Assembly: GCA_938045545.1 (NCBI GenBank)
Contig: CALIBN010000043.1
Coordinates: 1-29,977 of the forward strand
Reading direction: 5' to 3'
Length of the DNA stretch: 29,977 nucleotides
From: an uncultured archaeon
GTDB lineage: Archaea; Thermoproteota; EX4484-205; JAAOZP01
Below, piece after piece: positions 1-8,934 of the stretch (the first letter of the stretch is position 1; the number at the start of each line of letters is the position of its first letter). Below the pieces are notes generated by a model, which was given only the letters and a program-made list of their open reading frames with translations, had not been told where the DNA came from and made no database searches. A program made the position numbers and the translations under genes.

Positions 1-148
1 ATGAGGAAATGTTTCCTATGCGAAAGTAGTTCATGTATCGCGAGCTTTTAAACATCTTTCCACACTCCTTTACGAGCCTCATTCGCGAGAGCGCAGCCAA
101 CATCTTCGTAAACAAGGCGCTCGTCAGCAGAAGGAATGCGGGGATTTT

Positions 149-160
149 TAGCGCGCACTA
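149..160. repeat. Intergenic RY pseudo-palindrome copy
   Basis: TAGCGCGCACTA, overlapping the AKR stop codon. Confidence 0.55.
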
Positions 161-1168
161 CTCGTAAACCATGTTGCGTGGCCCAAGTATCTCGTCTATA
201 GCTTTCATCTGGCTTGGCTTAAGTGGCCCGTATTCCAAGGCTTTAGCATTCTCCTCTACTTGCTTCACTGTTTTAAAGCCGGGTATCGGGATGTTCATCG
301 GGGATTTAGCCCAGATCCAGCCTATGGCTCCCTGAACGAGCGTTCTCCCGTCTTCCATCAGTATCTGCCTTATCTGCTCAAGCTTTTTAACATACTCTGG
401 CGTGGGCTTCCCGTTCTTGAAGTAGACTAGCCAGCTTGGCGTGGATTTCCGGATGTCGTTATAAGGCAGGCTCGGAGAGTCCAGCGTGTATTTGCCTGAG
501 AGAAGCCCCATTGCCAGGGGTCCACGGTTTATGTTGGCCAACTGTTTTTCTTCGCAGAGCCCTATGATTTCGCTCGCAACTCTTAAAACGTTCAGCTCGC
601 TTTCAACAGCCACGAAGCGTTTACGGTCGGCGAAAGCGGCTGCACGGCTTGTTGAATCGGTGCTCCACCCGTAGCCTCGAATCAAGCCTTCATCAACGAG
701 ATCCTCAAGCGTGTCCATGGTTGCAGCCGCCTTTTCAACAGGATACCCCCATATGTGGAGCAGGTAGATGTCTATGTAGTCTGTTCTCAGCCTTTTAAGC
801 GAGGCTTCAACCGCTTTCCGGGCGTACTGTGGAGAACCGTCCTCACCCGTCTCCCGCCTCGTTTCAGGGTCGAAGGTTAATCCAAACTTGGTTATGATCA
901 CTATTTCGCCACGGTGTTCTCCCAGTGCCTCTCCAATAAGTTTCTCACTGCGGCCGCAGCCGTAGACGTCAGCAGTGTCGAAAACCCTTACCCCGAGCTC
1001 GAAAGCCCTCTTCAAAGCTCTTAGAGACTCCCTGTCATCAGTTTCCCCCCAGCCGTGAGCAAGCCCGTCAGACCCTGTGATAGGCCCTCCGATAGCCCAT
1101 GTTCCAAGCCCTAGAGCACTAGTCTCAACATTCAGCTTCAAAATCCTTCTCTTGTAGAGTCTTACCAT
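158..1168 (-). CDS. Aldo/keto reductase
   Basis: Motifs LGLGTWAIGG, FDTADVYG (catalytic D/Y), IITKFG, SLKRLRTDYIDIYLLH, PLAMGLLSGK and IPIPG. ATG at 1168 is preferred over 1177 because TATAAATA (minus strand, 1198-1191) lies 23-30 nt upstream. Confidence 0.95.
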   Translation of the reverse strand: MVRLYKRRILKLNVETSALGLGTWAIGGPITGSDGLAHGWGETDDRESLRALKRAFELGVRVFDTADVYGCGRSEKLIGEALGEHRGEIVIITKFGLTFDPETRRETGEDGSPQYARKAVEASLKRLRTDYIDIYLLHIWGYPVEKAAATMDTLEDLVDEGLIRGYGWSTDSTSRAAAFADRKRFVAVESELNVLRVASEIIGLCEEKQLANINRGPLAMGLLSGKYTLDSPSLPYNDIRKSTPSWLVYFKNGKPTPEYVKKLEQIRQILMEDGRTLVQGAIGWIWAKSPMNIPIPGFKTVKQVEENAKALEYGPLKPSQMKAIDEILGPRNMVYE

Positions 1169-1300
1169 GCGCTTCATCGCATCCCAATCTTATTTATAGT
1201 TTTCAGAAATACGGTAAGCCTTTGACACGAGTTTTTGATAAATTTGGGCTCGCTTAAGCTTAACCCGCAGCCCTTCTGTAATAAGCTTCAGCGCTTCCCC

Positions 1301-2014
1301 CTAGAGCTCAACCGGCATGTCTGGGTTATAGAGCTCCACCGCTTTGCGACCCGGTTCATAATGGGCTCCAATAGCCCTTATCTCAACACCTACCCTATCT
1401 GCTTGTTTCAGTAGTTCCGCTATCTTAGGATCGCCCTTTCTGTATGGCCTGAAAGCCTCAACTTCCGGCAGAGCAGCCATGAAGAGCATAATCGCCCTCT
1501 CCCCGCTTTTAGCCAATTTCATAAGTTCCATTATGTGTCTGCGTCCCCTTTCAGTTGGGCAATCGGGATAAGCTGCGTATGTTTCACTCTCTCTAAGCAC
1601 CGCACTCTTGATCTCAAGATAGGCTTTACTATCGCTCTTTAACAGTAAGTAGTCGATCAGGGAACCGCCCACTTTCACGTTTCTTTTAACCACCTTATAG
1701 TTGAGGAGCCACTTCAGAGCGTTCTTTTGCAAGCTTGCCTCGAAGGCTTTAGTCTGAAAAGCAGTATCTATAAGCGCTCCCAAACCCTTATCTGATATAG
1801 CGAATAGCCTGCAGTCAGTCTTATTTCCTTCAGAAGTGCAAAACCCCTTCCTCCCTCTTACAATATACTCTTGAAGCCTGCCTGTGTTGTTAATGTATGC
1901 CCTCAACTTTCTACCTTCAGCTGTGACGACCACTACGAACCTGTTTACTCGTTTCTCTATGGTGCATTTAAACGGGTTTTCGACGTTGAACAGCATAACA
2001 GGGTTCAAACCCAT
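1301..2014 (-). CDS. sfsA: DNA/RNA nuclease SfsA (sugar fermentation stimulation protein family)
   Basis: Motifs RVNRFVV, NNTGRLQE, IDYLL...YLEIKS (PD-(D/E)xK), YPDCPTERGRRHI and GVEIRA. Confidence 0.93.
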   Translation of the reverse strand: MGLNPVMLFNVENPFKCTIEKRVNRFVVVVTAEGRKLRAYINNTGRLQEYIVRGRKGFCTSEGNKTDCRLFAISDKGLGALIDTAFQTKAFEASLQKNALKWLLNYKVVKRNVKVGGSLIDYLLLKSDSKAYLEIKSAVLRESETYAAYPDCPTERGRRHIMELMKLAKSGERAIMLFMAALPEVEAFRPYRKGDPKIAELLKQADRVGVEIRAIGAHYEPGRKAVELYNPDMPVEL

Positions 2015-2354
2015 TACGTTACTTGTTAAACGGAGCTGTTAAGGTTTTATGCTGTCCAGGGCTTTCTTTTAAACTTGAAGCTTGGAACGGAATGTTGACG
2101 CTGAAGCTATTGAGGCCTGCTTAGAACCTATTCTTCGCTGGCTGAGAATTTTTCCCTCTAAAGCGATTAAAAGAAGGATGTTCCTCTAGACTATGCGCGT
2201 GATACTTTGCTTTTTTGCTAAGGGTATGTGGGGAAGGAGTTTAAGAGTGCCTGGAGACTAGGATTCCTTCACGGAGGCGTTGGCTTACGTTTCTAAGCAC
2301 ACTAATAGTTTAACATGCTCATGGATACTTTTTTGGCTGAGAACCTGCGTTTGC

Positions 2355-3275
2355 TCACTTTTTCTTTAACGCTGCTCTGGATGCTGCCAGCGTTAATACC
2401 CATCCTGTGAGCCCGGCTACGATGGCGAGCGGGCTCAGAAGCAGGCTTAGCAGAAAGTTTACTGTGAACACAGCTGCGGCGGCTGAAAACCTCGAGTCCC
2501 CAAGCTTCCCACCGAGTTTAAAGAGCCCCGCCACCAGTCCTGTTTGCCCGATGATCAGTAGAGCGGCTCCAGCCCAGAACAATGTTGTCGGCATGGTTGA
2601 AACAGGCTTTGAGCTTGAAACCTCTGTGGCAAGTATGATTATGGCTATTAGGAGGACCACGGGTCCAGAGCAGCCGATTTTAACGAGCGTCAAAGGGGTT
2701 CTGAAAGACTCGTCGTGCTTCCTAAGGTATCCGAACGCCGGGAGGAGAAGACCGTATTCTATCGCAAACACTGTCAGCCCCCCTCCGACGGCTAGCAGGA
2801 AGACCATGAGCATTGGCGCTGCAAGCAGGGAGAATTCTCCGGGGAGGCTTTTAAGCGGGAACCAGAGGCTTAAAACAATGGTTAAAAACTCCCTTGGGAC
2901 GGTGAAGCCGATGAGGGTCATTAAGCCGGCGGCGGAAACTAGGATCACAGCGCCGGCGAGCGGGGAGCCTACAAGGTATAGGGGAAGCATCCAGCTGAGC
3001 CTGTTAAGGCCCTTGCCGAGATCCTCGTCTATAACTCTTTCCTTAGGCTCCCTGGCGACGTTGGCGAGGAAACCCTCAGCCGACTCAACCGGCCTGCTCA
3101 CGGGTCCCGGTGTTTCCCGGGGTTCAAGCCTTGGCCTAGTTGTTTTAAGCTTCTTCATGGAAATGCAGTCGTGCTCCTCAGGGTCTAGGTGTTTCACGCA
3201 GAACACCCATTCGCAGAGGGGGCAGGGCTTGTTATCCTCACCCATCCTGCCGCACACGTGACACCTTTGCAGCAC
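2355..3275 (-). CDS. AN1-type zinc finger fused to a multi-pass membrane domain (DUF973/DUF996-like)
   Basis: N-terminal CHVC-x9-CPLC-x4-CVKH-x5-HDC matches the AN1 ligand pattern. About 5-6 hydrophobic segments follow, ending GLFKLGGKLGDSRF...GWVL. Confidence 0.8.
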   Translation of the reverse strand: MLQRCHVCGRMGEDNKPCPLCEWVFCVKHLDPEEHDCISMKKLKTTRPRLEPRETPGPVSRPVESAEGFLANVAREPKERVIDEDLGKGLNRLSWMLPLYLVGSPLAGAVILVSAAGLMTLIGFTVPREFLTIVLSLWFPLKSLPGEFSLLAAPMLMVFLLAVGGGLTVFAIEYGLLLPAFGYLRKHDESFRTPLTLVKIGCSGPVVLLIAIIILATEVSSSKPVSTMPTTLFWAGAALLIIGQTGLVAGLFKLGGKLGDSRFSAAAAVFTVNFLLSLLLSPLAIVAGLTGWVLTLAASRAALKKK

Positions 3276-3448
3276 GTTTTTACATAATGTTGTTTTCAGA
3301 TAAAAAGGTTTTCTTATAAGAAAATTATTGAAATTGGCGCTTAAGAATATATTTAAGAGGTATTACGCGGGGCACGTTGGAAAAAGCTTAGGGAAAGGTT
3401 TAACCGGCTTTCCAGAAACATATTAACCGCGCACGTCAGCCCCACATA

Positions 3449-3645
3449 CTACCGTTCAACAGGCACTGGAACCGGGTTACGCTCATACTTAACCCATTTC
3501 ACCGGGTCGCTGCCGCCAGCGTGGCAAACCGCCTGCGGAAAAAGGCTGCTGAGCCATATCTAGTAGTGCACGCTTTCCTCGTCGTCTTAATGGAAACATG
3601 GTGAGCCCCCAGTAGAGGGTGTGGTGTCGCTGAAAAACCCGTCGA
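3449..3645 (-). pseudogene. Remnant of a five-bladed beta-propeller glycosidase (GH32/GH43/GH130-like blade)
   Basis: Manual minus-strand translation gives GSPCFH*DDEESVHY*IWLSS...AVCHAGGSDPVKWVKYERNPV, resembling the A-x-S-x-D-x-x-x-W-x-K-Y-x-x-N-P-V blade repeat. It contains internal stops. Confidence 0.5.
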
Positions 3646-3772
3646 AAGGCCTATAGTGAACATGCTTCATACTTGGTGGCCACAGCCGGAGAAGACGGGT
3701 TGACTCGCATAAGCCTTACAGCTGGAACAATCGTCCTGTTAACTAGGGATTCGAGAATCACTGGACTATGGT

Positions 3773-4861
3773 TTAGAAGGCTGGCGTGGAAGCTTCGCAT
3801 TCTTCAAAGCTGCCGTAAAAATCCATATATCTTTCTATAGAGTTGCAGAGCGCATCCACGTTCTGCAGAGGGACATCCGGATAGATTCCCGCCGTCAACA
3901 TGAGGCCCCCCTTCTCCGAGCCCAGTTCAACTATGCTGCTCCTAATATGCTCATCTATTTCCCTCGCCGTCCCGAAGGGTAGGAGATACTGCCTATCAAT
4001 ATCCAGGTCTATGCAGATCCTGCCCTTTATTCTCCTCTTTATGTTTAGCAAGCCGTTAACCCTGTCCTGAAGGTTTAACACTGAAACACCAGACTCGATC
4101 AAGTCGTCAACCACCTCCATGACGTGCCCGTCAGTATGCAGGTAAACCCTCGCCCCAGCCTCCCTTATCCTGCGGAACATCCTGCGGTAAGAAGGGAACA
4201 CTAGTTTTCTGAACTTCTCCCTGCTTATCGGCATCCTATCCTGCAGGCCCAAGTCGTCCCCGAAAGTAACCAGGTCAACACCCATTTTAAGCACCCTTTC
4301 AATCAGCTCAAGATTGTACCGTGTCAGCCTTTCAATAAGCTCGTAGAGCTGAGGAGGCTCGACGAGGAAATCCTTCATAAGGTTCGTGAAACCCCTCAGG
4401 TAGTGAAGCCTCATGAAGAAGAAGCCGTGTGGAAAACCGACGATTGCAACCTCACCCCTCTCCTTCGCTGATTTAACTGAGGCCTCGATCTCCTCCCAAG
4501 GCTGCGGCGGACTGTGGGTGCCGGCTATGCCTTTGTCCACGTTCGGGATAACCATTTTATCCAGGTTGCTCCAGTCTTCAAGCGGATGCTTCACAACCTG
4601 GCCCTCCAACCCGTCGATTTTGAAAGTCCAAACACAGCCCCACTCGTCCACCACCGTGTTCCCCTTCCTATGCGTGCCGAAATCGTCGAAATCCACAGAC
4701 CCCTTTCTGAAACCTGGGAAAATCTTAGGATGCCTGGTCAAAACATCTTCGAGACGCTCCCTGTACTTATGCCATGTTGCTTGAATAATGGCAACGTTTG
4801 AAGGAACAAAGCCGCATCCATCTAGATCAATCACCTTCAGCAGGACTTTTTTAAACGGCAT
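3773..4861 (-). CDS. Uroporphyrinogen decarboxylase/MtaA-CmuA (URO-D-like) family protein
   Basis: Motifs VDEWGCVW, HPLEDW, LRGFTN, GDDLG, LHTDG, LPFGT, GGLML and VPLQNV. TATA-like CTTTTATAG on the minus strand near 4886-4894. Confidence 0.9.
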   Translation of the reverse strand: MPFKKVLLKVIDLDGCGFVPSNVAIIQATWHKYRERLEDVLTRHPKIFPGFRKGSVDFDDFGTHRKGNTVVDEWGCVWTFKIDGLEGQVVKHPLEDWSNLDKMVIPNVDKGIAGTHSPPQPWEEIEASVKSAKERGEVAIVGFPHGFFFMRLHYLRGFTNLMKDFLVEPPQLYELIERLTRYNLELIERVLKMGVDLVTFGDDLGLQDRMPISREKFRKLVFPSYRRMFRRIREAGARVYLHTDGHVMEVVDDLIESGVSVLNLQDRVNGLLNIKRRIKGRICIDLDIDRQYLLPFGTAREIDEHIRSSIVELGSEKGGLMLTAGIYPDVPLQNVDALCNSIERYMDFYGSFEECEASTPAF

Positions 4862-5188
4862 TGCTCGGCGGAATAGTCAAGAGAACTATAAAAGAGTATC
4901 GCATGCGACGCATGCCTGTTAAGCAGAGGATTATCCGGACGGGAAGCATACGGATTGGTTGAAAGAGCCCGATTGCAAGATAGCCTTGCTCCCGCTGAAT
5001 AATGGTGGAAGACTTATACTTCAGCGCCCATTCGTCTTGAAGCCAGCTGGCAGCGGGGAGGCAAGCCTTTCTATGCCGTAGAGAACAGTATGCCCGGCCG
5101 GTGGAAGAGGGACGGTGCCTCCTCCAGCCTAAACCCGTGGTCTTTAAAGAAACGTTAGGAATGCTTTTAAGGAAGAAGCGTCAAAGAT

Positions 5189-5743
5189 TTGCGAATGTGG
5201 CGCTGGAAACGCGGTAGAAAGAAGGACTCCTCAAGCATTAGCAGAGACTCCTTCGCCAAGTGGGCGGGCGAGTGTGTGAAACTAGTCGACGAGAAGACTG
5301 GCGTGAAGCTCGACTACAGCCTAGAATCCCTTAAGAACCTTGACGCTGTAGTAAGCAGGCTGAAGCCGGAGGACCCTGGGGAGTTTCAGAGCGAACTGCT
5401 CGGAGCCTACATTGTTTTAACCGGAAGCTACCTTGGCGAGGTGCTCGTTAGAAGCCGCGGCGGGAAGTGGGAGAAAACCGGCTCCCCCCTGGGCTGGGCG
5501 GTGAAGCTGGGCGTTAGAGAGATAGATGTTTTCCAAATCGCTTTCGAAAGCGTTTCCCAGCCCGACAGGTTCAGCAGGCTACACTCGGAGCTGGATTCAA
5601 AGGGGGAACAGGCAGGAGGTATGCCCAGGGTTCTTTCAGAGCTTGAGGAGCTAATAGTTAAAGGGTATACTTCGGAGATTGAGGAGCCTAAGAAGAAAGA
5701 GCCGTTGCCTTGGGAAACCCTGGAGGAGGATTACGAATACTGA
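5189..5743 (+). CDS. Hypothetical protein (DUF3806-like helical domain)
   Basis: LDYSLESLKNLD...GSYLGEVLV...GGKW pattern. Start uncertain (TTG 5189 or ATG 5195). Confidence 0.7.
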   Translation: MRMWRWKRGRKKDSSSISRDSFAKWAGECVKLVDEKTGVKLDYSLESLKNLDAVVSRLKPEDPGEFQSELLGAYIVLTGSYLGEVLVRSRGGKWEKTGSPLGWAVKLGVREIDVFQIAFESVSQPDRFSRLHSELDSKGEQAGGMPRVLSELEELIVKGYTSEIEEPKKKEPLPWETLEEDYEY

Positions 5744-5807
5744 CTGCGTTTCACCCAGTTAAAAAACCCTTAAAGCTTTTAAAAACCTCTTTCAACCGGT
5801 GAGGCAA

Positions 5808-6287
5808 ATGCCTTTGAAACTAGACCCGGATAGTGCGCTAAACCATCTGCCGCAGCCCCTTGTGATAGTTACTGCGGGAGACTTTGAGAAACCCAGCCGG
5901 AGAGGAGGAATGACTGCAGCATGGGTCAGCAGAGTATCCATGAGCCCCCCGCTAATAATGGTTTCAATCGCCCCTTCAAGACACACGTTGGAGCTCGTCA
6001 AGGAAAACGGTGAGTTCGCAGTCAACATAGTCGGGGGAAGGCTTGAGAAGGCTGCTTACGGCATCTTCGGCTCCAAGACGGGCAGAGGGCTGGACAAGAT
6101 TGCTGAAAGCAGAGTTAAAGCCAGGAGAGGGGAGAAGACAAGAGCCCCAATACTTGAGGACGCGACCGTATCGTTGGAGTGCAGGCTTGTTAAGACGGTG
6201 GAAGCAGGGGATCATATTCTTGTAATTGGTGAAGTGGTGAATGCTTTAAAGTTCAGCGACGAGCAGCCGATCGTCTTAACCCCCTAG
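5808..6287 (+). CDS. Flavin reductase family protein
   Basis: Motifs PQPLVIVT, GMTAAW, VSMSPPLIMVSI, GEFAVN, LECRL and GDHILVIGEV. TTTTAAAA at 5777-5784 fits ATG 5808. Confidence 0.95.
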   Translation: MPLKLDPDSALNHLPQPLVIVTAGDFEKPSRRGGMTAAWVSRVSMSPPLIMVSIAPSRHTLELVKENGEFAVNIVGGRLEKAAYGIFGSKTGRGLDKIAESRVKARRGEKTRAPILEDATVSLECRLVKTVEAGDHILVIGEVVNALKFSDEQPIVLTP

Positions 6288-6363
6288 GGTAACAGACAAT
6301 GCTTTACGCCATCCAGGGTTTCCTTCGAAGAAGCGTCGTAAACTTATAAGCGTGTTTCACATT

Positions 6364-7041
6364 ATGAGCAGCGTGCTGAAAATAGGCCACAGGGGAGCGA
6401 AATTCTACGAGCCGGAGAACACGCTGCGCAGTTTCAGGAAAGCATTGGAGCTTGGCGTTGACGCTGTGGAGCTTGACGTTAGGAGAACAAGGGACGGTGA
6501 ACTCGTGGTTATTCACGACGCGGGGGTTGAGAGAACCACGAACGGGAAGGGACTGGTGAGAGACCTCACGTTGAAAGAGATAAGGAGGCTTGACGCTGGA
6601 AAAGGAGAGAAGATACCCACCTTAGAAGAGGCTCTTGACTTCCTAGACGGGAAGGTAAAGATACTGATAGAGCTGAAGGAAGAAGGCTTTGAGGAGGAAG
6701 TGTTGAAATTGGTTCGTGGAAAAAGGTTGGAGAAGAACGTGATAATCATATCCTTCTTAGAGGACGCGTTGAGAAGAATAAGGCAGCTTGACAAGGATGT
6801 TGAAACCGGGTTGATCTATGTTAGACACGAAAACCCTGTTGAAGCAGCCCTGGAGCTGAAGGCGAACTACCTGCTGCCACAGTACCGTTTCGCACACTCT
6901 GCTTTAATCAAAAGGGCGCGTGAAAACGGATTGAAAGTGATCGTTTGGACGATAAACGATGAGAAGGAGGCTTCCGAGTACGCGGGGAAAGGGGTTGACG
7001 GCATAACTAGCGATAAGCCGGATATTCTTAAGGCGGTGTGA
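6364..7041 (+). CDS. Glycerophosphodiester phosphodiesterase
   Basis: Motifs IGHRGA, PENT, VELDVRRTRDG, VVIHD, IPTLEE, IELK, VWTIN and GVDGITSD. Start could be 6352, 6364 or 6373. Confidence 0.95.
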   Translation: MSSVLKIGHRGAKFYEPENTLRSFRKALELGVDAVELDVRRTRDGELVVIHDAGVERTTNGKGLVRDLTLKEIRRLDAGKGEKIPTLEEALDFLDGKVKILIELKEEGFEEEVLKLVRGKRLEKNVIIISFLEDALRRIRQLDKDVETGLIYVRHENPVEAALELKANYLLPQYRFAHSALIKRARENGLKVIVWTINDEKEASEYAGKGVDGITSDKPDILKAV

Positions 7042-7193
7042 GCATCATCGAAACACGAGTAGAACCGTGTTCGGAAAAGCAGCTCAGCAGCGCGAGATAC
7101 GCTTAACGTGCGCCATCATACTTAAGCTGAGAAACATTCGGCGAAAAGAAAGATTAACGATGCTGACAGACTGTTAGAATGCTTTCTTAAAGG

Positions 7194-7487
7194 CTATTTG
7201 GAAAGGGTTTTCTCTATCCCCTCAGCTAAGCTGCTGGTCTCAACTCCAAACTCGTCAACCATTTCCGAAACTATTAGCCTCTCTATGATTCTGGCTCCGG
7301 AGCCATATATTTTCTCCAGACCAGTGATGAACTCCTCCGGCTTATCAGGTATCTCCTCCTTCTTCAACCCCTGCTCGTTCTCCAGGTACCAGTATATGAT
7401 TCGCTTAGCAGTCTCCCCTAGACAGCGTAGAGCATTGTCCACGCATTTTAAAACCCTATCCTTGGGGCTCCTTATCATTTTCCACAC
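7194..7487 (-). CDS. Small archaeal protein, NitrOD5/DUF3227-like
   Basis: VDNAL..LGETAKRIIYWYLE...LKKEEIPDKPEEF..GLEKIYGSGARIIERLIV pattern. GGTGA lies just upstream. Confidence 0.75.
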   Translation of the reverse strand: MWKMIRSPKDRVLKCVDNALRCLGETAKRIIYWYLENEQGLKKEEIPDKPEEFITGLEKIYGSGARIIERLIVSEMVDEFGVETSSLAEGIEKTLSK

Positions 7488-7548
7488 TCACCCTAAACTT
7501 CTAGAGTAACTTTCTCAAAGACCCTTCTTTGAATAGTCATGATCTGAA

Positions 7549-7560
7549 TAGCGTGCGCCA
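7549..7560. repeat. Intergenic RY pseudo-palindrome copy
   Basis: TAGCGTGCGCCA. A near-identical TAACGTGCGCCA lies at 7104-7115. Confidence 0.55.
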
Positions 7561-7727
7561 GAGTAGAGGACGCTACCGTAGTCCGGGTCCCCGTCGTCAA
7601 GACCAGGCTCGGGAAAACATTGCAGAGGCTTAAAAGCATTGTTTACGCTAGATCTATTTTTATAGATTTCAAACGCTTTTCACCGGCCGTCTAAGGCTGA
7701 AAAGACCATGTCGTAGCCATTCGCGCA

Positions 7728-8411
7728 CTACCAGAAGACCTTTTTCTTAGCCTGCATCTGCTCCATTAGTTTCGCAACCAGGCTGCTGAGAACATATGAG
7801 ATGCCGAGGGCGAACCCTCCGAAATAGGTTAAACCTGATCCGGCGAGAAGATTATCCCCGTAGTTGTTCCACCAGTTCCAGAAGACATGTAGAGACATGG
7901 GGAGGAAAACATTCTTGTAGCGCACCTGGCATACTGCTGCAATAATTCCGAACAACAGGGGCCAGAGGAAGCCGCCGAGCCCATAGTGGAAGAAGTGAGT
8001 CAGTGCGAATACTAGGCTGCTCACGGATATTGCTAGGGAAGTATCTATTTTCGCCAGTGTGGAAAGCAGAAGCCCTCTGAAGAACCATTCCTCGAGGAGG
8101 GGGAGAATGAGGATTCCGCAGGCAGGGGTGAAAGATTCTAAGAGGAAAACCGTCGGCACGACGAAAAGCGCGGTAGTCAGGAATGTAAGCTGCTCCCCGC
8201 TCATGCTTCTCTGGAGACCGGTGGAGGCTCTTATCTGACTACCCATTAGGAGCATGGGGATGAATGAGGAGAAGACAATGATCAGTGTAAGCTCGAGGAC
8301 CCGCTGCTCCAGGTACTGGGTGAATCCGACAGTCTGCAGAATGAGAAGCCAGAAGACAAACAGGTTGATAACACTAGCCAGAACCCTCCACTGTCTTAAC
8401 CCCTGGTCCAC
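7728..8411 (-). CDS. CPBP (CAAX/Abi) family intramembrane glutamic/metalloprotease
   Basis: EEWFFRG, FALTH and HVFWN motifs within a hydrophobic protein. Confidence 0.92.
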   Translation of the reverse strand: MDQGLRQWRVLASVINLFVFWLLILQTVGFTQYLEQRVLELTLIIVFSSFIPMLLMGSQIRASTGLQRSMSGEQLTFLTTALFVVPTVFLLESFTPACGILILPLLEEWFFRGLLLSTLAKIDTSLAISVSSLVFALTHFFHYGLGGFLWPLLFGIIAAVCQVRYKNVFLPMSLHVFWNWWNNYGDNLLAGSGLTYFGGFALGISYVLSSLVAKLMEQMQAKKKVFW

Positions 8412-8585
8412 AAGCAGTAGAGCCTACCTCCAGTAATTATGTTTTGCCCATAAGCCCTTTAAGCCCTGGGCTGTTAAAAGCGCGTCGACACTGGTTTTTA
8501 AAGCAGCCGGAGAAGCCTGGGGAAACATTTTCTTCGGGAAGCTCTAAAGTATTTAAACATCGGCGGGCTATTTTCCTGTTAAGCA

Positions 8586-8912
8586 TTGAGCGAGCAGAAG
8601 AACCCGGGATGGATGGTGGTTATCACGCTTACCATGCTTTTCGTGAGCGGCGCGTGGACGATTGCAGCGATCATGTCGGTCAACATGAATAAAACACTGG
8701 GGTCAATAATGCTCTCCACAGCAACAGCCTCGAACGTAAGCTTCCTTCTGGCAATGCTCGTGGCAATACTGCTGTACTCCGGGTTGGAGAAGGGGGAAAG
8801 GCTTAGAGTAATCATGGTTTGCCTCTTCGCAGTCGGAATAGTCAGCCTTGTCTACACGGTGGTGCTCTTCCTACTCGCCTTTCTGACAAGGTATCCAGTG
8901 CTACCGGATTAG
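8586..8912 (+). CDS. Small hypothetical membrane protein (3 TM)
   Basis: Three hydrophobic segments. TATTTAAA about 25 nt upstream of the TTG start. Confidence 0.7.
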   Translation: MSEQKNPGWMVVITLTMLFVSGAWTIAAIMSVNMNKTLGSIMLSTATASNVSFLLAMLVAILLYSGLEKGERLRVIMVCLFAVGIVSLVYTVVLFLLAFLTRYPVLPD

Positions 8913-8934
8913 AACACGGTTTCTCCAGCAAAGC

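Noticed and set aside
2407-3261. 284-aa plus-strand ORF
   Set aside because: Antisense shadow of the AN1/membrane gene. Ser/Pro/Thr-rich with no motifs.
4920-5081. Coding-like stretch AEDYPDGKHTDWLKEPDCKIA...
   Set aside because: May be another gene remnant, but it has no start and no family I can recognise.
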